From Frankiales bacterium (GTDB lineage Bacteria; Actinomycetota; Actinomycetes; Mycobacteriales; SCTD01): DNA of 64,000 nt. Shown here one piece after another: positions 9,107 to 20,159 of this stretch (positions within the stretch are counted from its first letter, which is position 1; every line of letters begins with the position of its first letter). The notes under the pieces are model-generated. The model saw only the letters and a list, made by a program, of their open reading frames with translations, did not search any database and was not told the origin of the DNA. The position numbers and the translations under genes were made by a program. The stretch is from assembly GCA_025965475.1 (NCBI GenBank), contig JAOPWV010000165.1, positions 6,307 through 70,306 on the forward strand, in the 5' to 3' direction.

Positions 9107-9262
9107 CTACGCGCGGGGCTCGGCCGGCCCGTCGTCGTCGGCTACGGTGCGGGCCAACTGCGCGCGCAGCGCGTTCGTGACTGACGACATCTGTTCACCG
9201 GCCGACAACGGGTCGGCGGGGTAGACGTCGCCGTCGGCAGGTCCGGTCTCAGGCACGGTCAT
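9107..9262 (-). CDS. Possible small ORF (51 aa), hypothetical
   Basis: Read by hand: MTVPETGPADGDVYPADPLSAGEQMSSVTNALRAQLARTVADDDGPAEPRA*. Third codon positions are mostly G/C. GAGGAG lies 11 nt upstream. It sits in the 270-bp gap between the ABC1 kinase and serine hydrolase genes on the same strand. Confidence 0.25.
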   Translation of the reverse strand: MTVPETGPADGDVYPADPLSAGEQMSSVTNALRAQLARTVADDDGPAEPRA

Positions 9263-9342
9263 CGCGGGTGAAACTCCTCAAAGGCATAGGTCCGATCGCT
9301 TGTTCCCCATACCGGGGCGGTCGCAAACCAGCCATTCGGAGG

Positions 9343-11019
9343 TCAGACGTCGCTCCGGTGCCGTCTCGCCGTACGCGCGATGCGCCGGTCGGCCGCGAGG
9401 ATCGAAATGAGCAGCGCGGCCCCGCCCGCCGCGGCCAGCGCGAAACAGACCATGGCGATGCTGGGATAGCCGAGAATCCGGGACTGGGTCGGGATCTGCA
9501 TCATCAGCGCGGCACCGACGACGAGCGAGGCCAGCACGAGCCCGGTCGCGATCCGGTTGGCCAGCCGCTGCATGACGGCGAGCAGTTGCGGCTCGTCGAT
9601 GGCGTCGACCTTCAGTTCGAAGGTGCCCCCGGCAACCGCGTCCATGACCTTGTTGATGCGGCCGGGCAGTTGCACGGTGAAGTCGCGGGCCTCCATGGCC
9701 GCGCCCAGCAGGCCACCACTGGACGTCTGCATCCGGTTCTGCACGATCGAGGCCATGTGCAGCCTGATCGCGTCCGCTGGCGCGAAGTGGGGGTCCAGGC
9801 TCTGCGCCACCTGATCGAGGTTGAGCAGCGCCTTGCCCACCAGGGCCAGTTCGGGTGCGGGGCGCAGGCCGGCCTGTCCGGCGATGCGGGTCATCTCCAG
9901 TACGACGGCGCCGGCCTTGAGGTCGCTGCCCTGCTCGACGCTGCGCATGACCAGGTTGCCGACGGCGGACCGGAACGCGTCGCGGTCGAACCCGTTGCGC
10001 TGCCGGCCGAGTCCGGCCAGCGCGTCGGCCGCCGCCTCGCCGTTGCCGTCGCTGACCGCGAGCAGCAGTTTGACCATGCAGTCCTGCGCGCCGGAGGAGA
10101 GGCGCGCGACCATGCCGAGGTCGATCAGTGCCAGACGCCCGTCGCCGGTGAGCAACACATTGCCGGGATGCGGGTCGGCGTGGAAGAAACCGTCACCGAG
10201 GATCTGCTGCAGGTACGCGGCGAACAGGTCGTCCACGAGGGGCGCGCCGTCGAGGTCGATCCGGGCCAGCGGTCCGAGGTCGGTCACCTTCCGGCCGGGC
10301 AGGTAGTCCATGGTGAGCACCCGGCCGGTGCTGTAGTCGGGCACCGGGCGCGGCACCACCAGTCGCCGCCACGGGTCCACGATCTTCGCCAGCGCCTTGA
10401 GGTTGAGCGCCTCCTGCTGGTAGTCCAGCTCGGCCACGAGAGCGATCCGGAACTGCCCGAGCAGGTCGCCGAAACCGAACCGGCGCCCGAGGTCGGTGTG
10501 GTTGTCCGCCAGTTCCGCGAGTTCCGCGAGGGCCGACATGTCGTCGGCGATCTGCTTGCGGATCCCCGGCCGCTGGACCTTGACGACGACCTCGCGTCCG
10601 CTGCGGAGCACCGCCCGGTGCACCTGGGCGAGCGAGGCGGCCGCCAGCGGAGTCGGGTCGAAGGACGTGAAGGCGTGCGAGAGGTCGACGCCCAGCTCGT
10701 CGGTGACGATCTGCTCGACCACCTCGAACGGGAACGGCGCGACGTCGTCCTGCAGGCGCGCCAGCGCCTCCGTGTACGGCGCCGGCAGCAGATCCACCCG
10801 CGTCGACAGCAGCTGACCGAGCTTGATGAAGGTCGGGCCGAGCTTCTCCAGGTCGGTGGCCAACTGCTCCGCGTCGCTGCAGAGCGGCTGGTCGGTGTCC
10901 TCCGACGACAGCCCGTCCACGTCGAGCTCGCGGATCAGGTCCGATCGCCCGTAGCGGATGAGCAGCCGCGCGATGTCTCGGTAGCGGGACAGGTGCTTCG
11001 GTTTCAGCGACAAGCTCAT
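9343..11019 (-). CDS. ABC1/UbiB (AarF) atypical kinase family protein with C-terminal TM helices
   Basis: AASLAQVHRA, HADPHPGNVLL and ALIDLGMV motifs are typical of ABC1 kinases. 558 aa. Confidence 0.85.
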   Translation of the reverse strand: MSLSLKPKHLSRYRDIARLLIRYGRSDLIRELDVDGLSSEDTDQPLCSDAEQLATDLEKLGPTFIKLGQLLSTRVDLLPAPYTEALARLQDDVAPFPFEVVEQIVTDELGVDLSHAFTSFDPTPLAAASLAQVHRAVLRSGREVVVKVQRPGIRKQIADDMSALAELAELADNHTDLGRRFGFGDLLGQFRIALVAELDYQQEALNLKALAKIVDPWRRLVVPRPVPDYSTGRVLTMDYLPGRKVTDLGPLARIDLDGAPLVDDLFAAYLQQILGDGFFHADPHPGNVLLTGDGRLALIDLGMVARLSSGAQDCMVKLLLAVSDGNGEAAADALAGLGRQRNGFDRDAFRSAVGNLVMRSVEQGSDLKAGAVVLEMTRIAGQAGLRPAPELALVGKALLNLDQVAQSLDPHFAPADAIRLHMASIVQNRMQTSSGGLLGAAMEARDFTVQLPGRINKVMDAVAGGTFELKVDAIDEPQLLAVMQRLANRIATGLVLASLVVGAALMMQIPTQSRILGYPSIAMVCFALAAAGGAALLISILAADRRIARTARRHRSDV

Positions 11020-11162
11020 GATCCGGAACCTATCCAGCCGTCCGCCGCCGGACGCCCCCAGGCCAGGACTTTCTCGTCGAGTCGTGCCCAGGTTCGCCGA
11101 GTACAGTCCGAGACACCGAGGGTCCTTCGGACGCCGCCTCCACGCCGGCCTCGCCCTCGGCG

Positions 11163-12029
11163 ATGCACAAGCGCCCGGGTGGGCTCATGAGTGCTCTTAT
11201 CGCGGCTCTCGTCGTCGTCCTGCTGGTCCTCCTGCTGGGGCTGGGACTGGCGGTACGGATCGTCAAGCAGTACGAGCAGGGCGTGCTGTTCCGGTTCGGG
11301 CGGGTGGTGGGCACGCGGCCACCCGGGCTGCGGGTGATCATCCCGTTCGTGGACGTCCTGCATCGGGTCTCGCTGCGCATCATCACGATGCCGATCCAGT
11401 CCCAGGGCATCATCACCCGGGACAACGTCAGCGTCGACGTCTCTGCGGTCGCCTACTACCGGGTGGTCGACCCGGTGAAGTCGGTGGTCGCGATCGAGAA
11501 CGTCCGCGCAGCCATCGACCAGATCGCCCAGACCACCCTGCGCAAGGTCGTCGGTCAGCACACGTTGGACGAGACGCTGTCCGAGACGGACCGGATCAAC
11601 CTGGACATCCGCGAGATCCTCGACGTCAACACCGTCGAGTGGGGCGTGGAAGTGACGCTCGTGGAACTCAAGGACATCCAGCTGCCCGACAGCATGAAGC
11701 GGGCGATGGCCCGGCAGGCCGAGGCCGAGCGGGAGAAGCGGGCGAAGATCATCAATGCCGAGGGCGAGTCGCTGGCCGCTGCCGCACTCGGTGACGCGTC
11801 GGACACGATGATGGCCCACCCGCTGGCGCTGCAGTTGCGGAACCTGCAGAGCCTGGTGGAGATCGGCGTGGACAAGAACACCACTGTCGTGTTCCCCGCC
11901 CCGTTGATGACCACGATCGGGGAACTGAGTGCGTTCCTCGCCCGCGAGACGGCCGCCGCCGCGACCCCTGCCGTACCGGTGCCTCGGACCGGAGCGCCGG
12001 CCGAGGCGACGTCTACTCGTCCGGTGTGA
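11163..12029 (+). CDS. SPFH/band-7 (stomatin-like) membrane protein
   Basis: N-terminal TM helix, then [14 protein letters not shown]...[17 protein letters not shown] and ...[17 protein letters not shown], typical of the SPFH family. Confidence 0.85.
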   Translation: MHKRPGGLMSALIAALVVVLLVLLLGLGLAVRIVKQYEQGVLFRFGRVVGTRPPGLRVIIPFVDVLHRVSLRIITMPIQSQGIITRDNVSVDVSAVAYYRVVDPVKSVVAIENVRAAIDQIAQTTLRKVVGQHTLDETLSETDRINLDIREILDVNTVEWGVEVTLVELKDIQLPDSMKRAMARQAEAEREKRAKIINAEGESLAAAALGDASDTMMAHPLALQLRNLQSLVEIGVDKNTTVVFPAPLMTTIGELSAFLARETAAAATPAVPVPRTGAPAEATSTRPV

Positions 12030-12640
12030 CGAGTCGCCGGTCGTGGGCGGCGAGCTCCTCGGGTGTCGGGAGCGGCCGGTCCGGTTGTGAGGGCGGCAGA
12101 TCCCGGCTGTGCACGACGTACTGCCGCCCGCTCGGGCTGGTTCAGATGCTGGTGTCGTCCCGGGCCGTGACGCGCCACCGGAGCGTGTTTGGCGCCGTGG
12201 TCGACCAGGACACCGGTTCGTCGGAGAGGCCGAGCGCCGTCGTGACGGCACCTGCACGGGCACCTGCACCTGGCGGCGGACCCCGTTCGTGCCGGACCCC
12301 ACGCCGTTCGCAGAGCAGGTCCAAGCGCAGCTGATCCGTGGTGCGCAGGTCGCCGGTCGACCGGGCCGCTGCGGCCTGCGTGGTCAGGTCGAGCTCCAGT
12401 GCGCGGATCTGCTCCGCCGGTCCGATCGCCATCAGCAGCGCGCTGCCGTCCTCGACAGGGCGGGACCGCACCCGCCGGTCCTGACGCGCCTGCGCCGCCC
12501 GCCGGGCCGCTTCCTCGGCGTCCCCCGCGAGAACCGCCGCCTTCACCTCGCCCGCAGCGGCCCAGGCGCCGGCCCGCCACCGACAGTTCGCGCCGGAAAG
12601 TTCCCTTGTGCATAAGGGATTTCGGGCGCCGCGCGTGAGG
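12030..12640 (-). pseudogene. Decayed, truncated DUF222/HNH-endonuclease (REP13E12-like) gene remnant
   Basis: Minus-strand frame gives ...RRVRSRPVEDGSALLMAIGPAEQIRALELDL...DLRTTDQLRLDLL...AVTTALGLSDEPVSW.... This matches the DUF222 pattern (DG..L.G.L.PE.GA.L..AL; D.RT..QRRADAL; LLGLSDEP). A stop follows at 12142. After a frame shift, SCTAGICRP resembles the CxxPGCxRP start of the HNH domain. The rest of the HNH domain is missing because the SPFH gene end abuts it. Confidence 0.45.
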
Positions 12641-15028
12641 CTAGCTGGTCGCGGCCGGACCGGGGGAGTGCAGCCAGACGGTCCCGAGCGGAGGCACCCG
12701 GAGCGTCGTCGATGCCGGCTGTCCGTGCCAGCTCTCGGGGCCGGCCTCGACCGCACCCATGTTGCCGACACCGCTGCCGTGGTAAGCCCCCGCGTCGCTG
12801 TTGAGGACCTCCTGCCAGGTCCCGGCCCAGGGCAGACCCAGCTGATAGTTCTCGTGCGGCATGCCGGCGAAGTTGCTGACGCAGGCCAGCGCGGAGCCGT
12901 CCGTGCCGTACCGCAGGAACGAGAACACGTTGCCGGCCGCGTCGTTCGCGTCTATCCAGGCGAACCCGGCCGGGTCGGTGTCGAGCGTCCACAGTGCGGG
13001 GGTCCGGCGGTAGACCTCGTTGAGTTCCTTCACCAGCAGCGCGACGCCGCGGTGGTCGGGCAGGTCCAGCAGCCACCAGTCGAGCGACCGGTCCTCACTC
13101 CACTCGGACTCCTGCGCGAACTCGGAACCCATGAACAGCAGCTGCTTGCCGGGGTGCGCCCACATGAAGGCCAGGTAGGCCCGCACGTTCGCGAGCTGCT
13201 GCCAGCGGTCGCCGGGCATCTTGCGCAGCAGGGAACCCTTGCCGTGCACGACCTCGTCGTGGCTGATCGGCAGGACGTAGTTCTCGGAGTACGCGTAGAC
13301 CATCGAGAACGTCATCTGGTGGTGGTGGTAGCCCCGGTAGACGGGCTCCCGGGCCATGTAGTCGAGCGAGTCGTGCATCCAGCCCATGTTCCATTTCAGA
13401 CCGAAGCCGAGCCCGCCGAGGTGCGTCGGCCGGGTGACGCCCGGCCACGCCGTCGACTCCTCCGCGATCGTGACGACGCCTGGGACGCGCCGGTAGACGA
13501 CGGAGTTCATCTCCTGCAGGAAGGCGACGGCGTCGAGGTTCTCCCGGCCGCCGTACTGGTTCGGCAGCCACTCGCCTTCCTTGCGCGAGTAGTCGAGGTA
13601 GAGCATCGAGGCGACCGCGTCGACGCGCAGGCCGTCGACGTGGAACTCCTGCAGCCAGTACGTCGCGTTGGCGACCAGGAAGTTGCGGACCTCGTTGCGC
13701 CCGAAGTCGAAGACGTAGGTGCCCCAGTCCAGCTGCTCGCCGCGCCGCGGGTCCGCGTGCTCGTACAGCGGCGTGCCGTCGAACCGGGCCAGCGCGAACT
13801 CGTCCTTGGGGAAGTGCGCGGGGACCCAGTCGACGAGGACCCCGATACCGGCCTGGTGCAGCCGGTCGATCAGGTAGCGCAGCTCGTCGGGGGAACCGAA
13901 CCGCGACGTCGGGGCGTAGTACGACGTGACCTGATAGCCCCAGGAGCCGCCGAAGGGGTGCTCGGCGACCGGCAGGAACTCGACGTGCGTGTAGCCCAGC
14001 CAGGTGACGTACTCGACCAGCTGGTCGGCCATCTCGGTGTAGGACAGCCCCTGCCGCCATGAGCCGAGGTGAACTTCGTACGCCGACATGGGCGCGGCGT
14101 GCGCCGGCGTCTGCGCCCGCGCGTCCAGCCACTCGTGGTCGCTCCAGGTGTAGTCCGAGACGTCCACCACGCTCGCCGTCAGGGGTGGCACCTCGGTGCG
14201 CCGGGCCATCGGGTCGGCCTTCTCGCGCCACACCGAGTCGGCGCCGAGGATGGCGTACTTGTAGTGCGTGCCCGCACCGATGCCGGGGACGAACAGCTCC
14301 CAGACGCCGCTGGACCCGAGCGAGCGCATGGGATGGCCGGTGCCGTCCCAGCCGTTGAAGTCGCCGATGACGCGTACGCCGCGCGCGTTCGGCGCCCACA
14401 CGGCGAACGACGTCCCCGTGACCGGGCCCGACGGGCTCTCGTACTGGCGCACGTGGGCGCCGAGCACCTTCCACAGTTCCTCGTGCCGGCCCTCGCCGAT
14501 GAGGTGCAGGTCGACCTGGCCCAGCGTCGGCAGGTAGCGGTACGGGTCGTCGGCCGGGTAGGTCGCGCCGTGGTAGGTGACGTCGAGCCGGTAGTCGGTG
14601 ACCTGGCCGCCCGGCAGCTCGACCTCCCAGACGCCGGCGTGGCGGTGGTGCAACTCGACCCGCTCGTGCCCGATGACGGCGACGACCTTCTCGGCGCCGG
14701 GCCGGAGCGCGCGCACGACGACGCCGCCGGCGACGGGGTGCATGCCGAGGACGCCGTGCGGGTCGTGGTGCGCGCCCCCGGCGAGTTGCTCGAGCTCGTC
14801 GTTGCTGGGGCCGTGCGGATCGGCGCCGGCGACGATGGGCAAGCCGGCCTTGGCTTCCGCCGCCGGGACAGCCTTGCGAGGGGGGCGCTTGCGGGCCGGT
14901 GCCGGTGCCGCTGCAGGCGCCGGCGTGACGTTCTCGTCGGTCGCGACGACCGGCGCGGTGGCTTCGGCAGCCGCCTTCGGGGACGGGGCCTTGCGCGTGC
15001 GCTTCTTGGGGGCAGTCGGCTCGCTCAT
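12641..15028 (-). CDS. glgB: 1,4-alpha-glucan branching enzyme GlgB with ~70-aa Lys/Pro/Ala-rich N-terminal extension
   Basis: GH13 motifs ([39 protein letters not shown]), 795 aa. The ATG overlaps the pep2 stop (ATGA). Confidence 0.9.
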   Translation of the reverse strand: MSEPTAPKKRTRKAPSPKAAAEATAPVVATDENVTPAPAAAPAPARKRPPRKAVPAAEAKAGLPIVAGADPHGPSNDELEQLAGGAHHDPHGVLGMHPVAGGVVVRALRPGAEKVVAVIGHERVELHHRHAGVWEVELPGGQVTDYRLDVTYHGATYPADDPYRYLPTLGQVDLHLIGEGRHEELWKVLGAHVRQYESPSGPVTGTSFAVWAPNARGVRVIGDFNGWDGTGHPMRSLGSSGVWELFVPGIGAGTHYKYAILGADSVWREKADPMARRTEVPPLTASVVDVSDYTWSDHEWLDARAQTPAHAAPMSAYEVHLGSWRQGLSYTEMADQLVEYVTWLGYTHVEFLPVAEHPFGGSWGYQVTSYYAPTSRFGSPDELRYLIDRLHQAGIGVLVDWVPAHFPKDEFALARFDGTPLYEHADPRRGEQLDWGTYVFDFGRNEVRNFLVANATYWLQEFHVDGLRVDAVASMLYLDYSRKEGEWLPNQYGGRENLDAVAFLQEMNSVVYRRVPGVVTIAEESTAWPGVTRPTHLGGLGFGLKWNMGWMHDSLDYMAREPVYRGYHHHQMTFSMVYAYSENYVLPISHDEVVHGKGSLLRKMPGDRWQQLANVRAYLAFMWAHPGKQLLFMGSEFAQESEWSEDRSLDWWLLDLPDHRGVALLVKELNEVYRRTPALWTLDTDPAGFAWIDANDAAGNVFSFLRYGTDGSALACVSNFAGMPHENYQLGLPWAGTWQEVLNSDAGAYHGSGVGNMGAVEAGPESWHGQPASTTLRVPPLGTVWLHSPGPAATS

Positions 15029-16409
15029 CCGCCGACTCCTCTGCCGCCAGCGGTGAGCCGCTCGATCGAGCCGAGCGGGATGGGCAGCCAGGAGGGCCGG
15101 TTGCGCGCCTCGTACACCACTTCGTAGACCGCCTTGTCGAGCTCGAACGCCCGCAGGAGCACGGACTGGTCACGGGGGTCGGTGCCGGCCGCTCGGGCGT
15201 AGCCGTCGCAGAACGCTGTCCTGTTGCGCTCTGCCCATTCCCCGGCGCGGTACGCGAGATGCTGCTCACCCTGCCACTCGGCGAGCTGGTGGCGGGCTGC
15301 GTAGTCGAAGGAGCGCAGCATGCCCGCGACGTCCCGCAGCGGGCTCATCAGCGCGGTGCGCTCGGCCAGCGGCCGGGAGGGTTCGCCCTCGAAGTCGAGC
15401 AGGACCCAGCCCGCCTGCGTACGCAGTACCTGTCCGAGGTGGAGGTCCCCGTGCAGTCGCTGGACCGGGATCTCCTCGCTGAGCGCCGCGACCGCGTCGT
15501 ACGACGCCCGGAGCGCGTCGGCATGCAGGGCCAGCTCGGCGACCACGGAGAGCGCGGCGTCCAGCCGCTCGTGCAGCTGCCGTGCGGTCGCCTGGGAGTC
15601 CGCGGGTCCGGCGATCGCCGAGGGGAGGGTCTGCGCCATGAGGGTGTGGACGGCCGCGATGGCCGACCCGAGTCGCTCGGACTCCCCGGCGAAGTCGCCG
15701 CCCACCTCGTCCGCGTGCAGGTCGCCCTCGGCGAACAGGTCGCGGACGCTGGCGGTAGCCATGGCCCAGCCGTCACTGGCGTTGCGCAGGAAGCACTGCA
15801 GCATGCCCAGCGTCGTGGGCTGCCCGTCGACCTCGCCCTCCATCCAGGCGAGCGGAGCCGCGACGTGGGTGCTGCCGGCGTCGGCCAGGGCGCGCGTCAC
15901 CTCGAGGTCGGGGTTGATGCCGGGTTGCAGGCGACGGAACACCTTGAGGATGTAGTCCTCGCCGTAGACGATCGAGGTGTTGCTCTGCTCCGCCCCCATG
16001 ACCCGACTGGGGAGGGTCGGGTCCAGATCGTCGCGCGTGGCCGTGAACCTGACCGTGTCGGTCGGCTGCCCGGCGGCGATGAGCCGCAGCAGCTCGGCCG
16101 TCGCCTCGACGTCGTGCACCGCCTCGTAGACCACCGTCCCGGACGCCTCGCCGATGACGGCGTGCGCGAGGCGCTGGGGGACCTCGCCGGTGCGGGTGCC
16201 GATGAGGAGCTGGTACCGGTCGCTGCTGTCGTCGGCTGCGTCGACCCGCAGCAGCAGGTGCCGGACGACCGCGTCGTCGTCTCCTGTGAACAGCACCGTT
16301 GCGCCCTCGACCTCGACGCCCCGGATGACACGGCCCTTGCCGGCGAACCAGCGCTGCTCGGGCAGCCACGCGGCGAGCAGGTCGTGCAACTCGGTGTCCA
16401 CGGTCGCAC

Positions 16410-16413
<4 letters not shown>
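15025..16413 (-). CDS. pep2: Maltokinase (maltose 1-phosphate-forming, Pep2/Mak)
   Basis: Starts [27 protein letters not shown], the typical Pep2 N-terminus, and has the kinase-like [10 protein letters not shown] motif. ATG at 16413 overlaps the treS stop (ATGA). The longer ORF to 16863 is an antisense-style extension into treS. Confidence 0.8.
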
Positions 16414-18100
<1,687 letters not shown>

Positions 18101-18104
<4 letters not shown>

Positions 18105-20122
18105 GTGCGGTTCCCCCGGACGGTGAAGACATGGGCAGGCTCGGCGAACGGATCGAGCCGTACGTAGTTGGACTCGCCCCAGGTGTACTCGGCACCGGTG
18201 ACCTCGTCGTGGACCGTGAAGGTGTCGCCCCAGCCCAGCCCGAGCGCGGGCAGGTCGACGCGCACCGTCGCCTCGCGTGGCCCGTGCGGGTCGAGGTTGA
18301 GGACGACCAGCACGACGTCGTCGCCGTCCCTTTTCGACCAGGCCAGCACGTCGGCGCTGTCCACGTCGTGGAAGCGCACGTTGCGCAGCCAGTGCAGGGC
18401 GGGGTGGGCCCGCCGCACCCGGTTGAGCATCGTGAGGTACGGCGCGAGGGTCCGCTCCGGCGACGACCAGTCGCGCGGACGCAGCTGGTACTTCTCCGAG
18501 TCGAGGTACTCCTCGCTGCCCGGCCGCACCGCCACATGCTCGTACAGCTCGTAGCCGGCGTAGACGCCGTACGACGGCGACAGCAGGGCGGCGAGCACCG
18601 CGCGGATCTTGAACACGGGCGGCCCGCCGTACTGCAGCGACGCGTGCAGGATGTCCGGCGTGTTCACGAAGAAGTTGGGGCGCATGTAGTCGCTCGACGC
18701 CACCAGCTCCTCGACGTACTCCTGGAGCTCCTGCTTGCCGGTGCGCCAGGTGAAGTACGTGTACGACTGGGTGAAGCCGATCCGGCCCAGCTCATGCATC
18801 ATCGCCGGCCGGGTGAAGGCCTCGGCGAGGAAGAGCACGTCCGGGTCGGTCGCCTTGACCTGCGCGATGAGCCACTCCCAGAAGTCGAGCGGCTTCGTGT
18901 GCGGGTTGTCGACGCGGAAGATCTTGACGCCGTGGCTGATCCAGTGACGGATCACCCGCAGGATCTCGGCGTACAGACCTTCGGGGTCGTTGTCGAAGTT
19001 GAGCGGGTAGATGTCCTGGTACTTCTTCGGCGGGTTCTCGGCGTAGGCGATCGTGCCGTCCGCGCGGGTCGTGAACCACTCCGGGTGCGCCTGCGCCCAG
19101 GGGTGGTCCGGGGCGCACTGCAGCGCGAAGTCGAGCGCGACCTCCATGCCCAGCCGGCGGGTCTCCTCCACGAAGGCGCCGAAGTCCTCGATGCCGCCCA
19201 GATCGGGGTGGATCGCGTCGTGGCCGCCCTCGGCGGAGCCGATGGCCCAGGGGGAGCCGGGGTCGTGCGGCCCCGGGGTGAGCGTGTTGTTCGGGCCCTT
19301 GCGGTTGACCGCGCCGATCGGATGGATCGGCGGCAGGTAGACGACGTCGAAGCCCATCTCGGCCACCGCCGGCAGACGGTCCATCGAGGTACGGAAGGTG
19401 CCGCTGCGCATGGGGCCGCCGTCCGGCGGTACGTGCGCACCCTCGGACCGCGGGAAGAACTCGTACCAGGCGCCGTACAGGGCCCGCTGCCGGTCGACCC
19501 AGACCCGGTGCTCCTCACTGGGGGTGATCAGCTCGCGGATCGGATGTGCGGTCAGCACGGCGACCACGTCGTCGGCAAGGGCGAGCTTCATCCGCTCGGC
19601 GGGGGAGCGCGCCGGGTCGCGCAGCACGTCGGCGAGGCCGGCGATCGCGGTGCGCAGCGACTTCTTCACGGACGACGGCAGGCCCTGCGCGGCGCGCTCG
19701 TAGAGACGGGCGCCCTCCTCGAGCATGACGTCGACGTCCACGCCGGCGTCCACCTTGAGCGGCGCGTCGTGCCACCAGGTGCCGAGCGGGTCGCTCCAAC
19801 CCTCGGCGACGAAGGTCCACATGCCTTCGGCGTCCGGGGTGAAGGCGGCCTGCCAGCTGTCCGTCCCCGGCGGTCCCGGCGTCATCCGCACGGAGGGTGC
19901 GGCGGACCCGTCGGGGCGGGTCACCGCGACGTTCGCGGCCACCGCGTCGTGGCCCTCGCGGAAGACCGTGGCCTGGACGGCCACCGTCTCCCCGGTCACG
20001 GCGCGTGACGGATAGCGCCCGCAGGAGACCACCGGGCGTACGTCCTCAACTGCAATTCGTCCGACCATTGCTCCGACCGTACCCAGGTCCGCCAACCGCG
20101 AACGTGTAGTAGATCGGCCCAC
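18101..20122 (-). CDS. glgE: Alpha-1,4-glucan:maltose-1-phosphate maltosyltransferase GlgE
   Basis: [23 protein letters not shown]..., [12 protein letters not shown] and FLAEAFTRP are typical of GlgE. Start is ambiguous: GTG 20122 or ATG 20068 (MVGRIAV). Confidence 0.9.
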
Positions 20123-20129
20123 GGTCCTC

Positions 20130-20152
20130 CCCTAGCCCGGTCCGGGCTAGGG
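20130..20152. promoter_or_regulatory. Perfect 23-bp palindrome ccctagcccgg-t-ccgggctaggg in the glgE/glgP divergent intergenic region (candidate operator or 5'-UTR hairpin)
   Basis: Read directly. The 11-bp arms are exact reverse complements around T20141. The centre equals the midpoint of the two divergent start codons (20122 and 20160). Confidence 0.4.
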
Positions 20153-20159
20153 TCGAAGG

